A DNA stretch of 64,000 bases from Eledone cirrhosa (taxonomy: Eukaryota), in the NCBI GenBank assembly GCA_964016885.1, contig OZ024741.1, positions 202,616,001 through 202,680,000 of the forward strand, in the 5' to 3' direction. Positions 13,983-26,980 of the stretch are shown here, piece after piece (position 1 is the stretch's first letter; every line of letters begins with the position of its first letter). The notes under the pieces are model-generated. The model was given only the letters and a program-made list of their open reading frames with translations, ran no database searches and was not told the origin of the DNA. Both the position numbers and the translations under genes were made by a program.

Positions 13983-14562
13983 ATGGTTTCTGAGTTTAGG
14001 ACTAGGCCAGCAATTTGAAGGGAAGGAGAAAGTTGATTAAATCGATCCCAGTTCGATACTGATGCTTTATTTTATCGACACCGTAAAAATGAAAGGCTAA
14101 TCTCGACCCTATTTGAAATCAGAACGTAAAGGGACTTAACTATATGCCAAAAAACATGTCAGGTACTACCAGTCCATGATCTATCAATAATAATTGTTTC
14201 TACTTTTGACACAAGGCCAGCAATTATCCTAGTGCATTACTGGTACTTTATTTTATCCACCCCGTAAGGATGAAAGGCAAAGTTAACCTCGGCGGGATTT
14301 GAACCCAAACCGCAAAGGGACGTAACTCTATTATGGAAAGCATAGTGTCCGACCCTCTACCGATACTGCCAAATAAAAATAATTGTTTCTACTTTAGGCC
14401 CAAGGCCAGCAATTACCCAGTGCATTACTGGTACTTTATTTTATCGACCCCGTAAGGATGAAAGGCAAAGTCAACCTCGGCGGGATTTGAACTCAGATCG
14501 TAAAGGGACGTAACTATGCTGGAAAGCATGGCGTCCGACCCTCTACCGATACTGCCAATCCA
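13983..14562 (-). mobile_element. Three head-to-tail family A SINEs
   Basis: Copies at ~13983-14170, 14190-14372 and 14380-14562. Confidence 0.85.
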
Positions 14563-14677
14563 CATAAAAATAATGACGGCCGATTATTAAAACTGATTAA
14601 TCAGTAAAATAGTCAATATGGGCGAGATTATCCGCAGATAAATTAGCGCAACCCTATTCTTATATATATATATATAT

Positions 14678-14955
14678 AAACTGGGATTCACACACGCGTG
14701 CGCGCGCATATATATATATATATATATGCGTGCGCACCCGTGTGTGAATCCCAGTTTCAATCGAGAGTAACCACAGTTAGTAAGGCACTCAATACATTGG
14801 TAGAGTGTAAACATCAAGTTTAATATAGAAATGGCTTCTACAGGACTAGAACTGTTTCATTCAAAAGAAATCATAAAGAAAGCGCCTTTCCTGATGATTT
14901 CTTTTGAATGAAACAGTTCTAGTCCTGTAGAAGCCATTTCTATATTAAACTTGAT
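14678..14955. repeat. Double fold-back element with a degenerate hammerhead core
   Basis: Inverted repeat 14678-14757 around (TA)n. Perfect inverted repeat 14813-14874/14894-14955. CTGATGA(14891)-TTTCTTTTGAAT-GAAA-CAGT-TC. Related copy at 45926-46065. Confidence 0.7.
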
Positions 14956-15032
14956 ATATATATATGTCGTAGGGTCTTTAGAGAAAAAAAACTAGGTATA
15001 TTTTGTCTATTTTCTTCTCACATTTATAATTG

Positions 15033-15171
<139 letters not shown>

Positions 15172-15456
15172 CACACACACACACATATATATATACATAT
15201 ATATGTATGTATATATATATAATCATAGACATCCAAACAAAGATCTGAAACATGAACAGAAGATAAAATGTTGAAAATATACTAGAAACACACATGGTAT
15301 ATATACATGCGTGTTATATATACACGCACATGGTATGTATACATACATGCATGCCCGATTGAAAGTTTCTAAGTGTGCGTATAAGAATGCGTTTCCATTT
15401 AAGTTTACAATAGTTGTCATGTGTGTTTAACACTGTATATACATTATTGAAGATGA

Positions 15457-15530
<74 letters not shown>

Positions 15531-16189
15531 GTATTTGTGTGTGTGTGCGTGTTTTCGCGAGTGAGTTGTATATATGTTATTGAAGATGAATATGCATCAC
15601 TGCATGGTAAATTTGCTGACCCTCAACCGAGAAACATGCTCTCTTCTTTGTTATTTCCAAACAGACAAACCATTGTCGTCTGCTAATATCGTGTAATCTC
15701 TGTAGGTGGCCATATTTGAAGAATGCATTGCTAGTTTTCACTCAACATACAATGGACTCACAACGCGTGTAATAAGACAAAAGCATGCGTTTCTTAACTT
15801 TAATGTTTTCATCCTTTCCATGGCAACCTTTAATCACCACTGTACAACGTATATTCAGATACAACCTAAAATGAAGAGAATACTTAAATGCTAGAAAATT
15901 CCCACCGATATCTTATGAGGAGTTTATATGTTCGAGAACGTCTGTTATACAAAGAAAAGGACAGGAGCCAATTAATCTTTCTAATGTTGACACTAACATT
16001 GTTATCTTGGTTCAATTTGACGATCAGCTCCTTTCCTTTAAGGAAATATATTCAAAGTATGTTAGACAGTATCAGCAATGGAAAGGCCAGTAAAAATATT
16101 GTTTGTTCGGTCTGATCTGACGATCAGCTCCTCGCGATTTCTTTCTTTTTTTCGGTTGAAGTAAAGACATTTCTAATTCTAGTTTCTAA

Positions 16190-16570
16190 TTTAGACACAA
16201 AGTCAACAATTTTGGGGGATAGGGAAAGGCGATTATACCGACGCCAGTGCTTAATTTTATTTTATCAACCGCGGAGGGTAACGTTAACCTCAGCGACATT
16301 TGAACTTAAAAGGCAGGAAGTCGTAATTAAATACCAGAAAACATTTTCTCCGGGTCTCTACCGATATTGCCAATCCACACAAAGGCGCCAAATAAGGGGA
16401 CATTACAAAGATAAATTACATAAAAATCTGACGAGTAAAAAACATTTTTTTTGGCTGTCTGGGGAGTAGGGCAATCTATTTTGAATTTTGGATTTGAACT
16501 AAGAACGTAGAAAGTCTTAACTAAATACTGCAAAACCCTTTGTCTGGCGCTCTACCGATTTTAGCGATTC
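16190..16570 (-). mobile_element. Two degenerate family A SINE fragments
   Basis: TTTATTTTATCAACC...GTTAACCTCAGCG...CTACCGATATTGCCAATCCAC, and a second head at 16470-16570. Confidence 0.6.
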
Positions 16571-16968
16571 ACTGTCCCTTAAAAAGACTGTCATAATATT
16601 GAAAGATATTTTATGTTTACTGGATTCATTCCTCTTCTGAGTTTGAGTCATTAAAACAGTGAAAATTATTTAAACGTTTGTCGTCTGTAACTAATCCAAT
16701 TATGACACTGCAATGCATATTAGGAAAACAACACAATGCTTAAGTCATAGTTTTAGCTTTACTCTTAGTACTGGGGTTAGATTTAGTTTTAGTTATAGCC
16801 AAAGATATAATTTCTACCAAAAGCAAACATGTTGAAGCAATGCACCTCTTATCAAGTCTAATATTTCTAATTCCGTTCAATATGCTGTTGATACATACAT
16901 ATACGAGTCTCTCTCTCTCTCTCCACCCCCCTCTCTCTCTCTCCACCCCCCCCTCTCTCTCTCTCTTT

Positions 16969-17037
<69 letters not shown>

Positions 17038-17163
17038 ATATATAATATATATGTATATATATATATGTATATATATACATATACATATATATACATATAT
17101 ATACATATATATATACATATATATACATGTATATACATATATATTGTTTAATCTGTTATTTTA

Positions 17164-17206
<43 letters not shown>

Positions 17207-18056
17207 AATATATATATTATATAAAAATATTTATTATATATATCATATGTATACATATATAAATACGTATGAAATATATATATATATATATGTGTATACA
17301 ACATATATGTATAAAATACATACACATATAACGCACACACATACACACACACATATATATATATAAGACATATAATATATATATAAATATATATATATAT
17401 ATATTTTTGAGTAAAATATATATAGTATTTACACACACATACATATATATATATACACAAAGAATAGGTATGGGTAAAATGTTATACAGTTAGATGCAGT
17501 TGTACCAAAAGACACCCATCTTCCTATAAACAAACACAGAAAATATAAAAGAAAATAGTTGTGCAATATTATATAAACATGCCATTTTTACAGGGAGAAA
17601 CACAGAAATAATGGAACTCTTCACAATATTCCACGTGTCTGGAGGAAAAAATATCTTAAATTTAGCAAAATATCCGTATAAAAAATGATTTTTTTTCATC
17701 CAAGAAATTGCGTGTTGGCGCACGCCATTACCACTCTAGTAATAATATTTATCTCGAGTTTTGCACAATTAGCCACGCGTGTACACACTGTTCAATTATA
17801 TTATAGAAAGAAATAATAATTCTCAGAATATACTGTAAAGAAACCGATTCTTTTAAGCCGTAAATAATACTATTCTGTCAGCCATCTGCTTTTGATACGA
17901 GAAAATATCTCCCACATTTGGCAGACGATAAAAAAAAAATGGAAGCATCTCCTTGTGTTTATTTTTGTTTCTCTTTCTCTTTAATGTTTACCTAAATGTA
18001 TGTCTCAAAAATTAAGAATCAAGAGCGCATAACTCTGTTAAAATAAAGCAAATATA

Positions 18057-18121
<65 letters not shown>

Positions 18122-18172
18122 ATAAATGAAGCAAACAAGACATAGGAGGCAAAATTACACATTTATATTAGA

Positions 18173-18222
<50 letters not shown>

Positions 18223-18224
18223 TA

Positions 18225-20547
18225 TTCTTCTTGCTCATGCTCGATGAGACTGGGGTGATCTTAGGTCAGTGAACCAGAGGCATCATCCTGCGTAGAGCCG
18301 ACCAGGTCCACCTGCGCCCTCCATCGCTGGCTGTCCCGTGCTAGCCCCTCTGCATCCTCCACGGGGATGTCGAGCCTCTGGTGATCTTCCTTGGTGACCA
18401 CCAACAATCCGGTGCGGGCCTGTCGCGGGGTCTCTTCCAGTCTGTAGCTGTTGCCTCGAAAAAGAGAAAGGCACAGGTAGGATGATCTGGCGGCAGGCGG
18501 AGGACATGTCCGTACCAGCTCATACGGCGGATGGCTATGAGGTGGGAGGGTGCGTGCGGATGCGTGCGCGCACGCAACTCTCTGTTAGAAACGTAGTGGT
18601 ACCATCAGATGTTCTCGATGGTTACCAGGGTTCTGCTATCGAAGTCGTCGATCCTCTTTGCCAGGGTTTTTGTGAGGGGCCACATTTCTGTTCCATAGAA
18701 GAGAAGGGAGAGGATCGATGCGTTGTAGATACGGAGCTTCGTCTTCCGGGAGATAGAGCAATGGTACCAGAAGGGTTTCCATAGCGAGTGCATGATCCCG
18801 CCGGCGAGACCACCTCTGCGGTTGATCTCCGGGGTTAGGTCTCCATAGTTGGTGGTTATCGACCCCCAAGTAAATGGAGGAGTTGAAAAGCTCCATGACG
18901 TTGAGGCCAATATGAAGGCCGGGAAGATCACCGACATTCATCTGCGTGGTCTTCGCCCTGCACACATGAAGACCAAGCTTTGCTTATTCCTCCCGGTATA
19001 TGGTCAGTGCGTCCCTGAGTGATCGATTGAGTTGCTCAATAGAGTGGTGCCGTCCACGTACTCCAGGTAGGTAAGATGGTTGTTCCAGAAGGTAACGCCA
19101 GAAACTTACTCACAGACCTTGGTCATCAGATAGTCGATGACACAGTTGAAAAGGTCAGGGGCAACCACGCAGCCCTGTCTAACCTCGCAGTTGATGGGGA
19201 ATCAGTCGGAGTCCTTCCCGATCACCGGCACGCAACTCTCAGCACTTCCATGGAGCTGTTGGTACAGAATGGTGATCTTGGGAGGCGCACCGATGAGCTT
19301 GGGAATTTTCCAGAGGGATGTGTAGTCGATTGTGGCGAAAGTCGCCTTGAAGTTGATGAAGGCGACGTAGCGGCGGTGATCTCTGCAGAACTCCCAAGAT
19401 ATTTCAATAATAAGACGAAGAGCAAAAATGTGGTCTGCGGTGATCGATTTGGCATGAATCCGGCTTGTTGTGAGCGTCGTTTGCTTTTAATGGCGGGAAG
19501 AGCACGGCTAAGGAAGTTCTTCTTGAAGAGCTTGCTTGAGTTAAAGAGGAGGGTGATACCCCTGTGATTGTGGCATATGAGGTTTTTTCCCCTCCTTTTC
19601 TAGAAGGGAAGAATGATGCCCAAGGTCCAATCATTTGGGAGCCACTCTGACACACATAAATGGTTGATGATGCGGGCGAACCACTGGATACTGTTATCTC
19701 TGCTCGCCTTCAGCATCTCTGCGGTGATAGCGCAGATTCTGCGATGATAGCTTTGTGGTTGTTGAGTTTATTCAGGGCGGCTTTGACTTCGTCAGGAGGG
19801 ACAGGATCAATTCTGTAAGTGTCGTTGGCTGCAGCTGTGTCTATGATGATGGTTAGGCCAGGATCGATTGGGATGGAAGGGTGATGAAGAAAGCCGAAGT
19901 GTTCCTTCCAGCGTTCGAGACAGGTGGTTTTAGTGGTGGTGACGTTGCAATTGTTATCCTTCTCCAGGGCTGTCTTGACTCGAGGGCCGGCACGGGTTCT
20001 GCGGAGTGCGTTGAACACCTGGCTGAGGTAATTGTACCTTTGCTCTGCCTCCATGCGCTCGGCTTCTTCCGCCCAAAACTTCTTCCGGTCATCAGTGACG
20101 GCCTTGTTGCGTATCCGCTTGAACCGGCGGTGCTCATTCATGCCGCAGCGCAGGTGAGCCTTGCGGCGACAGTTAATTGTCTCCAGTGTCTGCAGTGAAA
20201 TCAAGCGTCGTTTGGGAAGAGGTCTTGAGTTTAGCAGGATATCACAGGCAGACTAGTTGACGCTTGGTTTAAAGATCATCCGGTTATCGGTCTCGTCCTC
20301 GGCCTGGGCGTTGAAGTGATTGGCGATGGAGAATGCAAATGCAGAGGCGATGTTGGGTTCACAGAGATAGGATGAGTCAAGTCAGTGCCGGTACTTGGTG
20401 GAAGTGTCCGCCCGCAACCCCAGCTTCAGTGTCGCAGTCAACAATCGATGGTCGCTATTGCCAAGTTGAGCTGCTCTGTAGATGGTGACAAACGATCTTC
20501 AGCGGCGGGAAATGATGTGGTCGATTGCCTTCCGGGTGTAGTCGTTC
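18225..20547 (-). mobile_element. Decayed RTE-clade LINE (endonuclease end, RT, C-terminus)
   Basis: Frameshifted fragments CLERWKEHF, VKAALNKLNNHKA, RQGCVVAPDLFN, ISRKTKLRIYNASILSLLFYGTEMWPLTK and RRMSWYGHVLRLP. (GAA) 3' end abuts (TA)n. Confidence 0.9.
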
Positions 20548-20983
20548 AGTGATGGATGAGAATCATTTAATTGAGTGACGAACGTTTCGACAGGAATATT
20601 CTTTCTGTGGATTATAAAAGTGTGAAAAGGAAAATTAAAGAAGAGGAAAATGACTGACAGTTACCTTAGCAATATAATAATAATAATAAAAAAAATACAA
20701 ACACCAAGAAGGAGATCTCGATTTTCTTCGGACCACCCTTTATAATGGATGGTTAATCTGAAATATTTTGGGAATATTAAATTGGTAAGGTAACTTTCAA
20801 TTTTCATCTTCTTATAAATTTTCCTTTTCCCACTGTTGCCTTCTCTCTCAATTCCTTTCTGACTTGGCAATCTAATCCACTTGTATTATACGGCTTTCTA
20901 AACACACATACCCACTTTTAAGTTTCATATTCCACAGTGCTTGAAGCAGACTATCACATCTTATATATGTCTCTCTCTCTCTC

Positions 20984-21107
<124 letters not shown>

Positions 21108-21199
21108 ATATAAATCCATTTGACTGCTGAGTGAAGAGAGTACTCAATACCGAAGTAGAATTTAAATAATCTCATTTTGTTAAGGCTAAATAGAGAGTC

Positions 21200-21300
21200 T
21201 GATTACCTCTGCAGTTTCGCCTGTTTATCATAGGGTCATCAGACAAGAACGTTCTGCCTGATGACTCTGTGATAAACAGGCGAAACTCTAGGGCAACAAG
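21200..21300. ncRNA. Head-to-head pair of type I hammerhead motifs (partly degenerate)
   Basis: Minus-strand CTGATGA at 21236-21242 and plus-strand CTGATGA at 21258-21264. Stem II (C)CTGT-GATAA-ACAGG, then CGAAA-CTCTAG. Stem I CTTGT/ACAAG. Confidence 0.6.
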
Positions 21301-21484
21301 TGTTTGTGAATTATTGCTGTGCGGGTTGGCTAGGCGGGTTCGCTTCGCAAACATTAGCTCCCGGATTCCATCCGAATGCGTGACATCTTGGGTAAATGTC
21401 ATTTATTATAGCTTCGTTTCGAACCATGACTTGTAAGTGATATTGGATAGACGGAAACTGTTTGGAAGTCCGTCGGATTCAAAT

Positions 21485-21720
21485 GGCCAGCTTTGTCACA
21501 CTATATGTCACAAAGAATCTCCTTGACAATTACGTTGAGGTTAAACATGCTTGTGGAATGCCCAGTCACTTGCACGTTCATTTCAAATCCCGACGAGGTA
21601 AAGTATATTTTTCGTTCTCCAGGGGTCGATAAAATATAGTAGCATAGTAGCTGTCCAGTACTGGAGTCATTTTAATGTCCCACTTCAATTGCAGGTCATA
21701 TGTCTAAATTAGAAACCATT
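21485..21720 (+). mobile_element. Fused SINE family B and family A fragments
   Basis: B body 21485-21580 followed by the A B-box and core 21580-21720. Confidence 0.55.
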
Positions 21721-21912
21721 TATGCGGGAGTTCAGTTTATTAGAGGAGTTGTAAGGTATATACACGCCCCCCCCCCCACACACACAGATATATATGAGAA
21801 CGGTAAATGCTAAAGACTTTCATATGGTTATACACTTTTAGCTGTCTCCCTGGTTATATAAATATATATATATCCGCATATATATATGTATATGTCTGTG
21901 TATATGTATATA

Positions 21913-21945
<33 letters not shown>

Positions 21946-22110
21946 GTACATATTATATATGTATATGTATATATGTATATATACACATATATTGTAACTG
22001 TTTATAGGGATCTTAGTAATACATGCAAACCTTTGTACTATAAAATTCAATCCACCTGTACATCATTACGATTTCATCATTGAGAATGTTTTCTTCTTCG
22101 TCTTCTTCTT

Positions 22111-22204
<94 letters not shown>

Positions 22205-23149
22205 TCGGCATTCCTCGATGGGGTGTCTCAGACAATGATGTTGCCATCTCTGTTGTTTGGAGAACGATCAGAAAAGAGAAGCCACCACACAAATTTCAAC
22301 CTAGTCTACCTATTCAAAACGAATTACATTTTTGTCTGCTTCGCTTGACAAGCGATCATTTACCAACTCCTCGGCAGGAGAGCGAAATCTGGCATCCATT
22401 CCACCAAACACAATCACAAGACGACGTCAGTTCCCCACAAAATATTTCGGGGTCTCTTTTGTTGTTTTCTTTATTCGTGAGAAAACAATTCTATTTTCTC
22501 AGTCTGTGTTCACCCCTCTCTCTCTCATTTACTATAGTTTCTTGCTTATATTGCATTTGTAGGTATAAACATAATTTATTTCACCCCAAACTATTAAATT
22601 ACAAATCTACCATGGAAAGGGATGGGGGATTAACAGAATCAGTAGAGCATCGGACATAATATCTTGCGGTATCTATGCGGTATTAACAACAACAACAATA
22701 ACAACAAACACACAACAAACAGGGGTAAACTAACTGACTTCACGATAAGCTCAACATTCATTATAGGTCTTTTTTGAGGTAATGTTTTACAGCCTCTTAT
22801 AACACAGAGAAACCGTATAACTATTATAAACTGTATATCCAAAGAGATACAGCGTATTTATTCTAATCCAGATGGGCACAGGGATACCTATTCTAAATTA
22901 GATACACGCAATATGCAGATCAATACTAATAAAATATCGGCCCAAATTGAACTTATTGGCGAAAGATATCGAACGCTTTGATGTTTACGGTTTCTTAAAT
23001 GAATATAAACAGTTTTGAAATTTCAGACGTTAATTCCACAAGTAGGCTGTTCCGTTGTTCGAAAAACTGGAACACTCTTTGCCAAAGACGACGGAGGTCT
23101 ATTCCTTTTCTTTCTAGGGTGATGGGTTTGTAGAATTGTTAAAAGTTCA

Positions 23150-23400
23150 TGTCAGTTGGACTGTACCTGTAATTCAAAGGGTCAGCCTAGCCATACACTG
23201 TGCCACACTAATTTTCCTGGGAATAACGTTAACGACACATGTGTCTGTGGAATGTTCAGCCACTTATACTATAATACAGGGTATATAGAGGGTACGCATG
23301 TCTGTAGAATTCTTGCACGTTAATTTCAAGAACAGACTGTTCCAATGATTGGACAAGTGGAGCACTCGTCGTGGGAACCGACGGATGTCCAGTATAGATA
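23150..23400 (+). mobile_element. SINE family B fragment
   Basis: GTACCTGTAATTCAAAGGGTCAGCC...GTCTGTGGAATGTTCAGCCACTT...CTGTTCCAATGAT. Confidence 0.7.
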
Positions 23401-23959
23401 CTTATGTAATTGAAACAAAACAGCTTCCACTGTGAATGTGGGAGACGTGGTCAGTTGGCCGGGAACATACGGCATACCTGTCAGTGTACTATAGTTCCGA
23501 AGAGGCAGATTAATGTAAATGTAACACAGCATTATATATTATAAACTCCTGAACATTAACTGTAATAATTTAGTAGAAGATATCTAAAAAAAGTTTTGTT
23601 AATTCAAATGTTTATGGTATTTTTACTAGTTGATAGATTGTTGTGAAAATTTGCAATATTAATGTACAGACTATAAATTTATTATATGATGGAATCAACT
23701 ATGTTGAAAAAAAAACGAAAAAAAATTTATTTTTTAATGTGATGCAGTCATAGTGTTATTTTGTAATTTTCAATATGGTTTCAGGACATTAAATGTTAAA
23801 AAATAAAATTAAAAAAATGCAAAGACTTGAAGTTGGGACACGATCGTTTTTTCTCCGTTAAGAAAAATATTTTTTGTAGATAACTTTATAGTATTTATTT
23901 GGAACAACAACAATAATGATAATCATCTTCAAACTAACTACATTAAACATCATGTTGAC

Positions 23960-24560
23960 AAAACGATAAAATCACTATTATGTAAAATGTGTGGAACAAA
24001 AGGAAACGGTCAGCCATATTGTAAGTGAATGTATTAAGTTGGTGTAGCGAGAGCCACGCAGAGCTCACATTAAGAACACATTAAAGACGGCTCAGATTTT
24101 TCGAGTAAAAAAAAAACGTTTAACAAAAACAACAAATGTAAAAAATTCCAACAAAAACAAATTCCCCAGTAGGGGTGTGTGTGGGGGGTGGGGGGAAGAG
24201 ACATCCGAGGCTCACTCGTGGAGAAAGACTACAAAAAGCCACCTTCACCCTGACCGCTAGGGAAAGTGCCTCCTCCCATACCAAATGTAGTGTTGATTAT
24301 CAAGAAAGGAAAGAAGTGCTGTATTGTGGACGTAGCCTATTTTGATGACACGAGTATAAAGGATAGAGAAAAAGAGAAGACGAACTACAACAATGACCTC
24401 AAATATGAAATTTTGTAAGTATGGAAGGGTGAAGTAAATAAGGTAGTATTGCTAAAAATTTCAACAAATTGGCTTTGACCATGGTATAGAGCCTGTGCAA
24501 AAAGCATGTCTACTTGGCACTGCCAGGATAATCAGAAAAGTGATGAGCACGACATAGAAG
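23960..24560 (+). mobile_element. R4/Dong-clade non-LTR retrotransposon 3' fragment (CCHC plus restriction-like endonuclease), interrupted by a minus-strand Tx1 3' UTR piece (~24065-24275)
   Basis: Translations KETVSHIVSECIKL, PNVVLIIKKGKKCCIVDVAYFDDTSIKDREKEK...DLKYEI and VQKACLLGTARIIRKVM. Confidence 0.75.
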
Positions 24561-24767
24561 AACAGAAAGTGGTTCTTATTATCTTAAACTCTGAAATGGA
24601 ACCTGATGTTAACATCAATACTGTGTGACAATAAATAACAATGATTTATTGTATTGGCCTCGCTGAGAACAATATGAGGAGAAAATACCACTACAGTGTG
24701 GGATTTTCATCGTGTAAAGTGAAGGGGACATCAACACAGGGAAAACATTAGGTATAACAAGAACAGT

Positions 24768-24902
24768 AATGTTTCTGAGGAGGACGGCCGTTTGAACAAG
24801 GTTTTCGAGACTAGAAATAGGTAGTAACTAAACCACTACCATGCTAGTGGATACATCGATCTCCATAGATCAATCGACCCTCTGAAACGATCGTAAAACA
24901 AT
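24768..24902 (+). ncRNA. Type I hammerhead ribozyme with ~102-nt stem II insertion
   Basis: TGTTT-CTGAGGA(24775)...GAAA(24884)-CGATCG-TA-AAACA. Stem I TGTTT/AAACA. Palindromic stem III ACGATCGT. Confidence 0.65.
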
Positions 24903-25019
24903 GACCTATCTCTCTACCTACACCTGACTTCTGTTTTATTGTTCAAACATATATATATGTATGTAATGATAATAAATAGTAATGATAACAATACAAAATA
25001 CAAAACAATATTTGATCAC

Positions 25020-25150
25020 TGCCTAGCTGTATGGTTCAGGAGTTCGCTTTGTAACAGCATGGTTCTGAGTTCAATCCTACTATGTGGCACCACGGGAAGT
25101 GTCTTCTCAATGCAGTTTGAGTGGAATTTGATAGGTGGGAACTGCAAAAA
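25020..25150 (+). mobile_element. Degenerate tRNA-derived SINE (family C)
   Basis: TAGCTGTATGGTTCAG A-box-like, GAGTTCAATCC B box, GGAAGTGTCTTCT. Confidence 0.55.
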
Positions 25151-25216
25151 GATGACCTACACACATACATATATATAATGTACTTACATGTACATACACA
25201 CACGAACATATATATA

Positions 25217-25875
25217 TCTATATATATAAAGTTGTATTCCTGTTTGTTTGTTTGTTCGCGAACTACTCCTATGGTTTTGGAGATAGACTCCCATAACCAT
25301 ATATATATTCTGAAACTACATTGCCCAGGGTACTTGGATAAGTATATTTCATTTTAATCAAAGGGTTCCTCGGGGGCACAAACCCCCGTTGAACATTTTT
25401 TCTCTTCGATTTATATGAAATTTAGACCATAGGTAAATGACAGAATATGATGCCTATCACACAATTTCAGCAAATTTCAATAATATTAAGACACGCCAAT
25501 GGGGGTTAAACCCCCATTTATGTCTCCCCGGAGGCAAAAAAAAAACCCTGCTGAAAAATTTTTCCTTTCGATTTATATGAAATTTAAACCATAGGTAAAT
25601 GACAAGATATGATGCCTATTCACAACAGTTTTGAATTCATATTTATAAAAAAATTATTTACAAGAAACAAAATAAGAATAAGATTTAATAATGGAATTTT
25701 GATTTGATATATTACAAAAAATAATGTTTTCCAATTTTTCATGAATTACATTTTACATTGAGTAATATTGAAATGCAGAGTTTTTCTCCATAAATTATAT
25801 CACTGATTTAAAATCAATCATCATTTTCTTACAAAAAATGTGTGAAACGCAGCAAGGTGCGGGTAATTCGGCTAG
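25217..25875 (+). mobile_element. Non-autonomous Helitron-like element
   Basis: A|TC TATATATATAAAG 5' end with a (TTTG)n tract. 3' hairpin CGCA-GCAAGG-TGCG, then CTAG|T. Internal ~130-bp duplication. Confidence 0.65.
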
Positions 25876-25958
25876 TATATATATATATATATATAAAATA
25901 TTAAAAAAATAATGAATAAAACAAAGAAACAGTTCCTTATATTAAACAAAAAAAGTTC

Positions 25959-26095
25959 ATTATTTTACGATCGTTTCTAGGACATATATGTGTTAGAATT
26001 GGCATGCATATTCAAAAGATCTATGTACAAAATTATACAAACTATCAAGGAGAATATACATACCATCACATATATATGCTGTCTTCAGAAATATT
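25959..26095 (-). ncRNA. Mirror copy of the long-stem-II hammerhead
   Basis: Reverse complement of 26093-26229. Confidence 0.7.
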
Positions 26096-26229
26096 ATTTC
26101 TGAAGACAGCATATATATGTGATGGTATGTATATTCTCCTTGATAGTTTGTATAATTTTGTACATAGATCTTTTGAATATGCATGCCAATTCTAACACAT
26201 ATATGTCCTAGAAACGATCGTAAAATAAT
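26093..26229 (+). ncRNA. Type I hammerhead ribozyme with ~104-nt stem II insertion
   Basis: ATTATTT-CTGAAGA(26100)...GAAA(26211)-CGATCG-TA-AAATAAT. Stem I is 7 bp. Insert pairs CATATATGTG-like/CACATATATG and TGGTATGTATATTC/GAATATGCATGCCA. Confidence 0.75.
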
Positions 26230-26448
26230 GAACTTTTTTTGTTTAATATAAGGAACTGTTTCTTTGTTTTATTCATTATTTTTTAAATATTTTATCTTGA
26301 CTCTGTATTCCGTTTATCTTTCACCGAAAGTGATTTTTGAATGCATCTCTTCTTTCCATGATATCCGGATTACATTGAGTTCTTCATACGGATTGGACAC
26401 TACCGTAAACTTTTGGTAGATTTATCTACACTATATATATATATATAT

Positions 26449-26913
26449 TTCGTTTTGGAATTTGTTTAGCAAGATTTTTTATCTGAAAACGTGTGTTGAA
26501 ACCGATATTGTTATACTTTAGGAGGGTCATATTGCCAATAAGAAACACACGCACCAGTTGCTTTCACTTCAATTTATTATAAATTAAATTTATAAATTTA
26601 GGAATTTATAAATTTCCAGTTGGTTGGTTCCACCACCAGACGATTGTGCATATATTGTCAAAGTTCTTTCGTCACACATTCTGTGACCTTTTCAGTGACT
26701 GGGGATACTTTTCTTTGTTTACAAAGAAAAAATCCCCAGTCACTGAAGAGGTCACAGAATGTGTGACGAAAGAACTTTGACAATATATGAACAATCGTCT
26801 GGTTGTCGAACCAACCAACCAACAGGAAATTTCTAAATTTAATTTATAATAAATTGAAGTGAAAGCAACTGATGCGTGTGTTTCTTATTGGCAACATGTC
26901 CCTCCCAAAGTAT

Positions 26914-26920
<7 letters not shown>
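26449..26920. mobile_element. Head-to-head pair of Penelope-like pLTRs (same family as 50024-52585)
   Basis: Arms 26449-26719 (-) and 26721-26920 (+) match 52310-52585. Confidence 0.9.
26739..26781 (+). ncRNA. Minimal type I hammerhead in pLTR
   Basis: GTCA-CTGAAGA-G-GTCACA-GAATG-TGTGAC-GAAA-GAAC-TT-TGAC. The mirror copy at 26656-26699 has a mutated core (CTGAAAA). Confidence 0.75.
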
Positions 26921-26969
<49 letters not shown>

Positions 26970-26980
26970 TTATATATATA

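Larger units (their letters stand above)
25893..26431. repeat. Near-perfect ~400-bp palindrome (centre ~26094) plus ~135-bp one-sided extension, in (TA)n
   Basis: Mirror ORFs 25993-26184 (-) and 26004-26195 (+). Arms are essentially identical. Confidence 0.95.

Noticed and set aside
20555-20625. Minus-strand CGAAACGTTCGTC, a PLE-type HHR 3' half
   Set aside because: No recognisable CTGANGA upstream.
22200-22560. Unique-looking segment after (GA)n as a promoter or 5' UTR
   Set aside because: No linked gene or diagnostic motifs. It cannot be supported from sequence alone.
25993-26195. Two near-identical 63-aa ORFs on opposite strands
   Set aside because: By-product of the palindrome.
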